Of a stretch of DNA of 64,000 nt, positions 55,401-64,000 are shown piece by piece. Source of the DNA: an uncultured Brevinematales bacterium (GTDB taxonomy: Bacteria; Spirochaetota; Brevinematia; Brevinematales; CAYRWR01); contig CAYRWR010000007.1 of NCBI GenBank assembly GCA_964428015.1, positions 21,546 to 85,545 on the forward strand. The letters run 5' to 3'. The number at the start of each line of letters is the position of its first letter. Position 1 is the first letter of the stretch. Both the position numbers and the translations under genes were made by a program. The notes beneath the pieces were generated by a model that did no database searches, was not told the origin of the DNA, and saw only the letters and a program-made list of their open reading frames with translations.

Positions 55401-56025
55401 GTTATACCATTCCGCTTCACATCCCCGCGATTTCCCCGAGGGCCAGATTCTGACAAATGCCATGGAAATGGCCAAAGTCCAGCTTAAACTAAAAATAAAG
55501 CCCGGTGATCTTGTGGCGGATGCCACCGCGGGCAACGGTTACGATAGCCTGTTCCTGGCGGACCTGGTGGGTAATAGCGGCCATGTTTACAGCTTTGACA
55601 TCCAGGACACTGCTATTGAAGCTACCCGGACTCTGCTTTCCCGCTATGGACTACTGGAAAGAGTCACTCTCGTTCTTTCAGGACATGAGAATCTGGATCA
55701 ATATTGTACAGCTCCGCTCAGGGCGGTAGTATTTAACCTGGGATATCTGCCCGGTGGTGACCGTACCAAAACCACACAATTTGAAACTACAAAAACAGCC
55801 ATAGAAAAAAGCCTGTCTTTGCTGACTGAGGATGGAATGATTGTTCTGGTCGTGTACAGCGGTCACTCCACAGGAAATCTGGAAGCCAGTGATCTTCGGG
55901 TGTGGCTGACTGATTTACCTCAAAAGCAATACAGTGTGATGGAATGGAAATTCATTAACCAGAAGAATTCCCCACCCTCCCTGATTCTGATTGAAAAAAA
56001 TCAGAAACCGGGTTTTAAACCATAA
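55387..56025 (+). CDS. Class I SAM methyltransferase of the YtqB/MnmM type (PF06962-like)
   Basis: The blocks DATAGNGYDSLFLADLVG..GHVYSFDIQ, FNLGYLPGGD, VVYSGH and INQKNSPPSLILIEK match what I recall of B. subtilis YtqB (MnmM). It overlaps rlmN by 14 nt. Confidence 0.7.
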   Translation: MARDKLYHSASHPRDFPEGQILTNAMEMAKVQLKLKIKPGDLVADATAGNGYDSLFLADLVGNSGHVYSFDIQDTAIEATRTLLSRYGLLERVTLVLSGHENLDQYCTAPLRAVVFNLGYLPGGDRTKTTQFETTKTAIEKSLSLLTEDGMIVLVVYSGHSTGNLEASDLRVWLTDLPQKQYSVMEWKFINQKNSPPSLILIEKNQKPGFKP

Positions 56026-56032
56026 AAGGGAA

Positions 56033-58873
56033 TTACTTCCTATCAGGATTCAATTCCATGCCTATTATAGTGATATCGTCATTTAACTGACCGCTGCCGA
56101 TAAAATCCTGTACAGATTTATACATTATTGCCACCAGACTTTTGAGATCCTGATTCTGATTATCATGAATGAGAGTCATCAATCTTTCATCGCCATATTC
56201 CACATTCAGAGCATTGAACTGTTCGTAAATTCCGTCGGTAAAGAGTAGCAGTTTATCCCCTTTATGGAATACCGATGCTTTATTGGTATAAACACTGTTT
56301 TCTTCCAGTCCCAGAATCTTACCCGTGGAATGCAGTTCTCTGACCCCATGACTGTGGATAAGGGACTGGGGAGGGTGTCCGCCGGATGACCAGGTGACTT
56401 TTTCAGCTTTGATATCAATATCCACTACGATACAGGTGAAGAAAAAAGAAAGATATGGATAATTTCGTATAAACCCCAGATTCAGTTTTTCCAGAATACG
56501 GGCGGGAGTTTTTTCAATTCTTTTTATTTTTTCATATTCACTTTTTATCAACATGGTGACCAGGGCTGCCTGTACTCCGTGACCTGTGGCATCAGCTATA
56601 AACACCCTGATCCGGCCTTCTTTGATCCGGAAGATATCATAGATATCACCACCGACCTCTCCCATGGGGTCATAAATAATTTCCATATCGATATCATGGA
56701 GTTCCTGGGGACGGTACATCAGCAGACTTTTTTGAATTTTCTGGGCGATACTTAAATCGGTTGACATGATGAGGTCTTTTTTCTTGAGGTCAGAATAAGT
56801 TGTCCGTAATTCCGCCGTCCTTTCCTGAATCAGTTTTTCCAGATTCTGAATGATATAGGAATTCTCCAGGTTAGCAGAAAAATCATTGATAATAATCTGG
56901 AGCTGATTAATATCCTCTTCACGAATAGGCTTTTTTTGAAAGTAATTATCCACAAATAATACGCCGATGGCTTGTTCACCTTTATACACCGGTAAAAAAG
57001 CACATTCATCCAGGTCTAATAGACTCTGTAGCTGTTTATCTTTTAGGTGAAAAAACATTTCCCTGTCATGAACATAAAACACAGCCTGTCTATTATATAC
57101 GTCCCATAGTATGGATCGGTCATCCTTTTCCAATACTATGCCACGGGCGACTTTTGACAATCTCCCCTCTTTAGGTTTCATTTTTCCCCGGTAATTAGCC
57201 ATAAAATCCATGGCGTCCAGTCTCAGATTGGTATAATTGGATCTGGAGCCGAATGTTTCCAATAACTCAGTCTCATCCAGTTTCCCAATGGCATAGCGTC
57301 CCTGTAATACTCCGTCATCTACCAGAAAAATGATGGCGCGGTTATATTCAAACCCAAAATTAGCGGTGATAAAGGTTAAGAATACATTATATAAATCATC
57401 CACGTTTGTCACATGATGAAGATTGGCGGTGACCAGGTTCAGAAGTTTAAGGTTGTTCATATTCTGCCCCATAGTCAAGCGCATAGCATCAAAATTCCTT
57501 GCAAGGTCTTCAATTTCATCATTGGTGGCTATCTTTTTTTCTACATTGAAATTGCCCTTGATGATAAATCTCGTCCATTCTGTCAGTTCTTCCAGATGAG
57601 AACTGATTATACCTCCCATATTCAGGTAAATAATGATCATCAATATGGCGATGCTGGCCAGTAGAATGAGATTGAACATGAAGATTCTACGGACTTCCAT
57701 ACCCAGCATCTCCACTTCGATCATACCCACATAAAAACCCTTCAATTCATTCTGAATCATTATTGGGGTTACAATGGTATTAAATCCCAGCCAGGGCAAA
57801 ATGTGCTGATATTTCCGGGAGTATTCACCAAGCATTCGGGACGGTACTGTTAAAAATATGCGTCGAGGCTTCTGACTCCAATCCACCTTTTCTTGTTTGT
57901 AATGATCCAGAAATTCTGTTTGTAAGAAATCACGTCTCAGTTTATAACCCAGTCTTTTCTGACTCTCTCTCTCAATGTCTAGAACTTCATCTCTGCTTTG
58001 TGAAAAGATAAACTCTAGATGGGTATCAGTAATGAAAAAATCACTCAATGTAATCTGAATATTGGCCAGTTTATTCTTTTCAATCCTCACTCGGGCATTA
58101 GCCAGAACTTTTTTCATTTCCCGCTGAAAAATACGCTGATTTTTGTAACTATGCAGTTCATTAAAATCAATCCCCGCGCCTTCCAATACCAGGTGAATCT
58201 GATTCATATTGTCAATGAGACCCTGTTTTATTATTTGTCTGATTTCATAAATATTATAAAAGATGAATGCCAGATTTGTGATCAATGGTACCAGCAGCAT
58301 ACTTAAAGTGAGTTTAACACGGAAAGGGAGCCTTAATACCAGAATCCAGCGGATCAAAGGCTCTAGAATGGTGTATAATAACAGTAAAATAATCGAACCT
58401 GCCAGCAGCAGGTTGACTAACGTCCTGAGGCCTCGGATATTAGGAATAGTGTAAACTGAATTAAACCCGCCAAATGAATCATCCGTGGTCTTTTTTTTGA
58501 TGTCATGCGTCCAGATGGGTGCAGCCCAGCCTTTGACAAAGATGACATATTTGTAGGCATTTTCTCCCGGCTCAAAATCTTCCATCAGGTATTCCCATTG
58601 ATGGTCGCCGGTCTTTTTCATCACATATTTATCATTTTCAATGTCCCAGGCTGAAAAAAATCCGGTTACTATCACTTTTTCAATATCCAGTTTAAGAACT
58701 TCATCATTATCCAGATTATAATTGATCAGGACGTTTTCTGGTAGAGGAAAGGTCAAAGTGAGCTTCTGAGGCTGATCAAATTGCCGTTCCAGGTTTTCCA
58801 AAGGAAACTGTATAAGATAAAGAAGCAAAAGGAGTCCAGTAATCATAAGAATACGGTATAAAATTTTTTTCAT
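56033..58873 (-). CDS. Large membrane sensor phosphatase (extracytoplasmic domain - TM region - HAMP - GAF - SpoIIE/PP2C)
   Basis: 946 aa. After an N-terminal TM it has a beta-rich extracytoplasmic domain, then several TM helices and a HAMP-like segment (IATNDEIEDLARNFDAM). A GAF-like region follows, then a C-terminal SpoIIE domain (GGDIYD, DATGHGVQAA, SGGHPP, LFTDGI). Confidence 0.85.
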   Translation of the reverse strand: MKKILYRILMITGLLLLLYLIQFPLENLERQFDQPQKLTLTFPLPENVLINYNLDNDEVLKLDIEKVIVTGFFSAWDIENDKYVMKKTGDHQWEYLMEDFEPGENAYKYVIFVKGWAAPIWTHDIKKKTTDDSFGGFNSVYTIPNIRGLRTLVNLLLAGSIILLLLYTILEPLIRWILVLRLPFRVKLTLSMLLVPLITNLAFIFYNIYEIRQIIKQGLIDNMNQIHLVLEGAGIDFNELHSYKNQRIFQREMKKVLANARVRIEKNKLANIQITLSDFFITDTHLEFIFSQSRDEVLDIERESQKRLGYKLRRDFLQTEFLDHYKQEKVDWSQKPRRIFLTVPSRMLGEYSRKYQHILPWLGFNTIVTPIMIQNELKGFYVGMIEVEMLGMEVRRIFMFNLILLASIAILMIIIYLNMGGIISSHLEELTEWTRFIIKGNFNVEKKIATNDEIEDLARNFDAMRLTMGQNMNNLKLLNLVTANLHHVTNVDDLYNVFLTFITANFGFEYNRAIIFLVDDGVLQGRYAIGKLDETELLETFGSRSNYTNLRLDAMDFMANYRGKMKPKEGRLSKVARGIVLEKDDRSILWDVYNRQAVFYVHDREMFFHLKDKQLQSLLDLDECAFLPVYKGEQAIGVLFVDNYFQKKPIREEDINQLQIIINDFSANLENSYIIQNLEKLIQERTAELRTTYSDLKKKDLIMSTDLSIAQKIQKSLLMYRPQELHDIDMEIIYDPMGEVGGDIYDIFRIKEGRIRVFIADATGHGVQAALVTMLIKSEYEKIKRIEKTPARILEKLNLGFIRNYPYLSFFFTCIVVDIDIKAEKVTWSSGGHPPQSLIHSHGVRELHSTGKILGLEENSVYTNKASVFHKGDKLLLFTDGIYEQFNALNVEYGDERLMTLIHDNQNQDLKSLVAIMYKSVQDFIGSGQLNDDITIIGMELNPDRK

Positions 58874-58921
58874 CTACCCCTCGGGCATTGGTAACATATT
58901 TTAAAGAAGGATTTTACTCTG

Positions 58922-60553
58922 TCAAGCCCGTTCTCTCACCACCAAAACCGCTGTCAGAACTACAGCAATACTTATCAGAATGATGGCAAGGAAGAATTTC
59001 CCCGGTTTAAATCCGACAGTCTTGGATTGATACTCAATAACCTGGAATCCATTCAAAAGCTTTTTCTTAATATTATCTCCCGTTAAAAAATTAAAATCAG
59101 ATTCTTTTTCAATATTTATAATTTTATATTTAGAACTATCTTTAATTCTATAAAATCCGGGTTGGTTCACTAAAACCCTATGTAAATTTTCATCCAGTAG
59201 AGTCCTACCTGGGATATCTCCCTGTTCAATCAACTCATTAAACCAAAAGCGGCTGATTCTGTCATTCAGATAAAAAAGAAGAAAAAGACTGTCCTGCAAT
59301 AATTCCTGGTTTTCATTCACAGAAAAATGAAAGAAAGAAATATTTTTATTTTCACTTATTATTACTTTATCTCCTATTGATATTTTATCTTCTCCGGGAA
59401 GCCTGCTGTAGGAAAGCTGTAAGGCACTCATTGAGATATAATCCATTATTGGATAGTCTTTACTTAATATTTTTCCGGTTGCCATTGTTTTTTCGGGTGT
59501 AGTTAATACTCCCCAATTAATTCTTAAACTGTTTTCAAATTGGTCTTTTTTTTCCGGAATTAGAAAAACAATCTGCCGGGTAGTCGTCCCCTGCAAAGTA
59601 GACGTAAAACAGATGTCTGCTGCGGCGGGGATAGAAACATACTGAATCCTGGGGAATATTGAGGAAAGATATTTTTTTATCAAAGTGGATTGACCTTCCA
59701 GAAACACTGCAGGCACATTTTTCTGCAATAGTCCAAAGTAAAAATGATTGTCTTCAGCCCAATCATCCCCTGAAAGCTCTACTCTTCCCTTATTTAATCC
59801 CCTGTTTTCCAGGTACCTGGATAGTCTGATCTGCTGAGTAGCTGCTGAGTCCAGAACTAATTTATCATTAATATAAAGACTCAACCTGTCTCCCTCCTGG
59901 ATTTCACCACCCAGTCGGATGACTATTTCAGTGGGTACCTGATCCACAGAGACTGTAGGTGTCAGACTAACTTCTTTTACAAAAATATTTCTGGCTGTAT
60001 TCCTGAGTATTATAACTTCGCTTCCCGGGGGTACTGAAATCCGGTTTTCTTGGGGTCCCAGCTGATATTCCTGGCCATCAGTCAGCAGGATTAGCGGTGT
60101 GTTTTTGTGTTTTGATAGGATTGAGCTAAGAAGATTGTTAAGTAAGGGCCCCTGTAGAGTAAACTCTTCCAGTGGACCTTCTCCCTCCCACGATTTTTCT
60201 CCAAAATAGATTTTTTTTATATTAAACGTGGACCTGATATCAGAGATTACTTCTTTTAAAGGATATTGATTCATGCTTAAACTGGGATCTATCACCAGTA
60301 TATAATCCTTATGAGGAAATTCTTCCAGCATGGGGACCATGGCGCCTGTAGTGATAAGTCCTAAAATTAATAGTCTAATCAGCTGGTTAAATACACTTCG
60401 CCTATTCTGGTGAGTTCTAAGCAGTATCTCGTTTAAAATCATGTGGGATGGAAATACTTCCCGTGAACGCTGCAGACGCAGTCTTATAGCTAAAAGGAGT
60501 GGTATAAGCATGGCCAGATATAACCAGGCAAATTGCGGGTATAAAAAACTCAC
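58922..60553 (-). CDS. BatA_N-type (aerotolerance-operon-like) membrane protein
   Basis: The N-terminal FLYPQFAWLYLAMLIPLLLAIRLR matches the BatA N-terminal pattern. It has a second TM, a large middle domain and a C-terminal TM. It overlaps the DUF58 gene by 4 nt. Confidence 0.6.
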   Translation of the reverse strand: MSFLYPQFAWLYLAMLIPLLLAIRLRLQRSREVFPSHMILNEILLRTHQNRRSVFNQLIRLLILGLITTGAMVPMLEEFPHKDYILVIDPSLSMNQYPLKEVISDIRSTFNIKKIYFGEKSWEGEGPLEEFTLQGPLLNNLLSSILSKHKNTPLILLTDGQEYQLGPQENRISVPPGSEVIILRNTARNIFVKEVSLTPTVSVDQVPTEIVIRLGGEIQEGDRLSLYINDKLVLDSAATQQIRLSRYLENRGLNKGRVELSGDDWAEDNHFYFGLLQKNVPAVFLEGQSTLIKKYLSSIFPRIQYVSIPAAADICFTSTLQGTTTRQIVFLIPEKKDQFENSLRINWGVLTTPEKTMATGKILSKDYPIMDYISMSALQLSYSRLPGEDKISIGDKVIISENKNISFFHFSVNENQELLQDSLFLLFYLNDRISRFWFNELIEQGDIPGRTLLDENLHRVLVNQPGFYRIKDSSKYKIINIEKESDFNFLTGDNIKKKLLNGFQVIEYQSKTVGFKPGKFFLAIILISIAVVLTAVLVVRERA

Positions 60554-61368
60554 AGGACAGAACCTTTCCCAATCCTGTTCTGTAAAAGAAAATCTTTTAA
60601 CTGAACATAATAGGGTTCTTTATGGTCAAACAATGCGTATGACAAACCTGCTTGCCGAAATTGCCGGGCCAATCGGGTGTTTCTGTCTCTGAGACGGGAC
60701 AGGTATTCTTTTCTGACCGCCGCCGGTATGACCTCCAGACGGGACTGTGTCTCCAGGTCTATCAGTTCCAGATTTCCGGTAAGATTAAATTCTACTTCCT
60801 CCCGGCTCAGGATATGAATGACATGAATACCTTCTCTCACCAGATGGTCGATGCCGGATGGCTCTATCCAGAGATCACTGATAAAAATGGAAGTCCACTC
60901 TTTTTTACGGCTGAATCGTTCCGGATGCGACAGCCCCTGGTATTTTAAACCAGCCAGTTGTACTTCCAATAGTGAAATATTTTCCGGGTATTCTTTAAAG
61001 TGTTCCGTTGATTCTGCCAGGATAACCCGACTATGAAAATTTTTTAATAAGTAACCCAGAAGAGCAGCGATTTTTCGCGATTTGTCCTGTTTATCCTGAT
61101 AATCCATAGAGCGGGAACAATCCAGAATAATTCGAACTCTGGTACTGAGATCGGAGCCGTATTTTTTGATAAATAATTTTTGGCTTCTTCCATAAACTTT
61201 CCAGTCGATATCTTTCAGATTATCCCCAGGGCGATAGGCATTATACTGCTCAAATTCCATATTTCGTCCCAGTACCCTGGACGAAAAATCGCCCTGTTTA
61301 AATCCCAGGACAGGCATGGAGAAATCAAATCTTCGGAAATATTCTATGGCTTGCTGTTCTAAAAACAC
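60550..61368 (-). CDS. DUF58 (vWA-like) protein
   Basis: The sequence G.NMEFEQYNAYRPGDNLKDIDWKVYGRSQKLFIKKY is the DUF58 hallmark, and the vWA-like DxS motif is ILDCSRSM. Confidence 0.85.
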   Translation of the reverse strand: MFLEQQAIEYFRRFDFSMPVLGFKQGDFSSRVLGRNMEFEQYNAYRPGDNLKDIDWKVYGRSQKLFIKKYGSDLSTRVRIILDCSRSMDYQDKQDKSRKIAALLGYLLKNFHSRVILAESTEHFKEYPENISLLEVQLAGLKYQGLSHPERFSRKKEWTSIFISDLWIEPSGIDHLVREGIHVIHILSREEVEFNLTGNLELIDLETQSRLEVIPAAVRKEYLSRLRDRNTRLARQFRQAGLSYALFDHKEPYYVQLKDFLLQNRIGKGSVL

Positions 61369-61493
61369 ATTGCCTCCGTCTTATCCATATTATAAATGAT
61401 AGCTGGCGTTTAATAAAGAATATATTGCCCAGTGGTTTGGAAATTAGCCAGTAATAGTGTTATAATAATACCAATAATTATCCAGGGGAAAAC

Positions 61494-62702
61494 ATGAAAA
61501 CTCTACTCCACCTTAGTGTGCTTTTATTTATTTCGTCCGCAATTTTTGCTGCAGAACTGCCCAGTATCGCAGTACTGAGTATTGAACCTAAAAACACAGA
61601 CAGCGAGATTGCTGATATGATCAGTGAGAAACTCAATCTGGAATTGTATAAATCCGGACATTATAAGGTCGTGGAAAGAGAAAAATTATCACAAATCACC
61701 AAAGAACAACAGCTCCAGCTTTCAGGCCTGACCGGAACTGAATATGCATCCCAACTAGGAGAAATGATTTCAGCACAGCAACTTATGCTGGGCAGTATCT
61801 ATACAATGGAAAATGTGTATCATCTCTATATCCGTGTTCTGGATGTACAGAGTAGTCAATATATTTCTGCCGGTGAAATTGAAAGTTCGACAATCAAAGA
61901 GCTTTTCAGTAAGATTCCTGGCCTGGTAGTTGAAATCAGTGGAGGAAAAACTTCCCCAAATACCTCTGGTGAAACTTCTGATTTTAACATCGAAGACAGT
62001 ATCCAGTTCCTTAAAAAAAACTATTTTCCCAATCTCCAGAATTTCACCAACCGTATTGATATCAAACTGGAAGACAGGATAAAAGCACTAACCCAGTCTA
62101 TAGATAATCAGACTAAAACCGGCAATATCCAGGGTAATAAAAAAGAAACCAGTATAACTAATAATAAACCTCAAAAAACTGTTTTACCACAAAAAAAACG
62201 TGAATTTCCCTTTTTTGACATATTTGTGGATTCCCGCTATTCCTTTGCTGATTTTAATTTTCCAGCCTACAATTTAACCGGAAATTTCTTCTACCTGGGC
62301 GGTTCCCTGCTTTATAATATTAATCCTCTTTTTGCCATGGGCCTGGGTGGAGGAGTAGGTCTACTTTTCAATGAATTCAACCCTCAGTATGACCTCAGTA
62401 TGGGCTATGCCGGGATTCAGATGCGTTTCCGTTTGACCTTATGGAGGATAAGCCTGGGTGCTTCAGTCACGGGCGGCGTAGGCAAAATCTCGGTCATTGA
62501 TAATGGTATTTTCAGTATTTTAGATCAAATTGTGATTAACCCCACTATTATACTATTGGATAGCGCCGGGCATTTATCTTTTATGGTGGGGCCTCATCTG
62601 GACATCACTTTAAGCGTCTCTTACCTCTGGTCATCCCAGTTCAGCAGCGGTGTAAGCCTCAACAGTCTCACTGCTGGTCTTTCTTTGGATTTCCGTATCT
62701 AG
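61494..62702 (+). CDS. Secreted protein with a CsgG/LpoB-like N-terminal domain fused to a predicted C-terminal beta-barrel
   Basis: It has a signal peptide and the N-terminal pattern PSIAVLSIEPKN...ISEKLNLELYKSGHYKVVEREKLSQITKEQQLQLSG...MLGSIY. The last ~170 aa show alternating hydrophobic beta-strand periodicity with Gly-rich turns and end LSLDFRI. Confidence 0.55.
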   Translation: MKTLLHLSVLLFISSAIFAAELPSIAVLSIEPKNTDSEIADMISEKLNLELYKSGHYKVVEREKLSQITKEQQLQLSGLTGTEYASQLGEMISAQQLMLGSIYTMENVYHLYIRVLDVQSSQYISAGEIESSTIKELFSKIPGLVVEISGGKTSPNTSGETSDFNIEDSIQFLKKNYFPNLQNFTNRIDIKLEDRIKALTQSIDNQTKTGNIQGNKKETSITNNKPQKTVLPQKKREFPFFDIFVDSRYSFADFNFPAYNLTGNFFYLGGSLLYNINPLFAMGLGGGVGLLFNEFNPQYDLSMGYAGIQMRFRLTLWRISLGASVTGGVGKISVIDNGIFSILDQIVINPTIILLDSAGHLSFMVGPHLDITLSVSYLWSSQFSSGVSLNSLTAGLSLDFRI

Positions 62703-62778
62703 AGGATTATTGACAAGCAGAGATGAAAAAACTACAATGATAAGTGTAGGTAAAATTTGAACTGGGGCCGGAGTTTTC

Positions 62779-63288
62779 ATGTTTAATAAAAGATTGCTGG
62801 AACCGATACTGGAAGAATACCTGAAAAAATTCCCGGAAAATGCTCTGGAAGACGTCCGGATTGAATTAAAGGACGATGGTATTTTTATCCTGATCGGTGG
62901 AGCCCTCCCCTCTCTGCGTGTAGCCAATGTTATTATCAATGTTCTGCTCCGTCATGTAATAAAAGGAGAGTCTAACAAATTTGTTATTTATGATGTCTCC
63001 CTGGCTATTGAAGAAACCATCATGAATGTTTTCCACCATGACAGCCCCGAAAATCTTGACCAGATAGAAGTCAATCTGCGATTTTCCAGTGATAACATAT
63101 ATTGTGAGATTACGGATCATCTATCCGATAAGGCACCCATTGACTTTCCACAGATTTTTGCCAGTACTCCCGGACATAAATTCAGCGATGAAGGCAGAGA
63201 TATCCTGCTGATCAAAAAAGCAGTGGATACCCTGGATTATGAATTTGCCAATCAAAAAAACATATTACGATTCACGAAAAGTTACTGA
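62779..63288 (+). CDS. Possible RsbW/SpoIIAB-like ATP-binding protein (HATPase_c_2-type)
   Basis: 169 aa. The weak pattern VSLAIEETIMNVFHH...IEVNLRF..DNIYCEITD......GRDILLIKKAVD resembles anti-sigma-factor kinases. This is a tentative call. Confidence 0.45.
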   Translation: MFNKRLLEPILEEYLKKFPENALEDVRIELKDDGIFILIGGALPSLRVANVIINVLLRHVIKGESNKFVIYDVSLAIEETIMNVFHHDSPENLDQIEVNLRFSSDNIYCEITDHLSDKAPIDFPQIFASTPGHKFSDEGRDILLIKKAVDTLDYEFANQKNILRFTKSY

Positions 63289-63299
63289 TTTCAAGTTTA

Positions 63300-63328
63300 T
63301 TGACTTTTTTGAGCGGTTCTTTTAAATT
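63300..63328 (+). promoter_or_regulatory. Candidate trp operon promoter
   Basis: The -35 is TTGACT (63300-63305), the spacer is 17 nt, and the -10 is TAAATT (63323-63328). It lies 19 nt upstream of the leader-peptide start. Confidence 0.5.
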
Positions 63329-63346
63329 ATGGTTCAAGAGGATGAT

Positions 63347-63394
63347 ATGAAAACAAATTATTGGCAGACTCAGCAGAATTGGTGGACTTCTTAA
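63347..63394 (+). CDS. trp operon leader peptide (15 aa, 3 Trp including tandem WW)
   Basis: RBS AAGAGGA (63335-63341) is followed by an ATG at 63347. The peptide is MKTNYWQTQQNWWTS with a stop at 63392-63394. A terminator hairpin follows, then trpE. Confidence 0.7.
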   Translation: MKTNYWQTQQNWWTS

Positions 63395-63431
63395 GTTTTT
63401 ATAAATGGATCCTTTTGTGATATAATATCAT

Positions 63432-63460
63432 ACCGCAGGATTCTACCTGCGGTTTTTTTA
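63432..63460 (+). terminator. Attenuator terminator in the trpE leader
   Basis: The stem accgcagg (63432-63439), a 6-nt loop and the stem cctgcggt (63446-63453) run into a T-run (to 63459). It lies 63 nt upstream of the trpE ATG. Confidence 0.75.
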
Positions 63461-63522
63461 TTTTGGAGTTGATAGGATGGATTTTAATACAAAAAGACAT
63501 TATGGCAGAATAGGAGATTCCT

Positions 63523-64000
63523 ATGCAGGGCAGCTATAAATTATTTCCGGTGTATAAAGAGGTGCCGGCAGACGTTGAAACTCCGGTTTCAGCGTTTCTG
63601 GCATTAAAAAGTGAGAATGAGAAGGGTTTTCTGCTGGAAAGTGTAGAGATGGAAGAAAAACTGGGGAGATTTTCATTTCTGGGCTTTCAGCCTGAATTGG
63701 AATTTAAAGCCAAGAAAAATAAAGTCAGTATTTCCTTTCGGGGCAGTCTGGAAGAATACCAGTCAGAGAATCCCGTAGTTGAACTGAAAAAAGTCATCAA
63801 TTCCTTTAAAGAGCAGGCTATAGAAAAACTCCCCCCCTTCAGCGCTGGCCTGATTGGCTACTTCAGTTATGACAGCGTGCGATATTTTGAAAACCTGCCT
63901 GACCTCAAACCTGATAAACTGGGCTTACCTGATATCTATTTTGTGCTGCCTAAGATTTTAATCGCTTTCGACCATATCAAACAAAAACTAATTTTCATAG
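63523..64000 (+). CDS. trpE: Anthranilate synthase component I. It is partial: the 3' end runs off the window.
   Basis: RBS AGGAG (63512-63516) precedes the ATG at 63523. Hand translation gives MQGSYKLFPVYKEVPADVETPVSAFLALK...GFLLESVE...RFSFLGF...AGLIGYFSYD, the TrpE N-terminal Trp-feedback region (LLES motif). It is not in the ORF track because there is no in-window stop. Confidence 0.9.
   Translation, partial: MQGSYKLFPVYKEVPADVETPVSAFLALKSENEKGFLLESVEMEEKLGRFSFLGFQPELEFKAKKNKVSISFRGSLEEYQSENPVVELKKVINSFKEQAIEKLPPFSAGLIGYFSYDSVRYFENLPDLKPDKLGLPDIYFVLPKILIAFDHIKQKLIFI

Noticed and set aside
1-64000. Prophage, IS element, integrative element or CRISPR-Cas locus
   Set aside because: No integrase, transposase, phage structural gene or cas gene is recognisable in any frame, and no tRNA or rRNA genes were seen.

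Overview
The window is a chromosomal segment that is mostly core genes. Gene order (rpsF-ssb-rpsR-rplI-dnaB; grpE-dnaK-dnaJ) and protein similarity suggest a spirochaete, but this is inference only. Recognisable genes are PFOR (nifJ), recR-ybaB-dnaX, a GH57 branching enzyme, two CNNM/CorC paralogs, mlaFED, a BamA-like OMP, tgt, gatA, rlmN, a two-domain PPK2 and a partial trpE. A long partial minus-strand ORF at 1-3170 and trpE at the right edge are absent from the ORF track because they run off the window. The least ordinary stretch is 36.5-43.9 kb, between the ribosomal-protein and chaperone operons. It holds two back-to-back vapBC modules, a Tgt fused to an MnmC-type methyltransferase domain, a roughly 20-25% GC island carrying a mosaic lipoprotein gene, a cluster of hairpin repeats, and two of three copies of an unclassified dispersed GC-rich element. 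Other notable items are a signal-peptide-bearing mini-flagellin homolog, a giant acidic membrane protein, a Trp-codon leader peptide with attenuator upstream of trpE, a possible dnaX -1 frameshift site, and extended S18 and L9 proteins. I saw no CRISPR array, rRNA, tRNA, transposase or integrase. All domain calls come from motif recognition by eye and need HMM confirmation.
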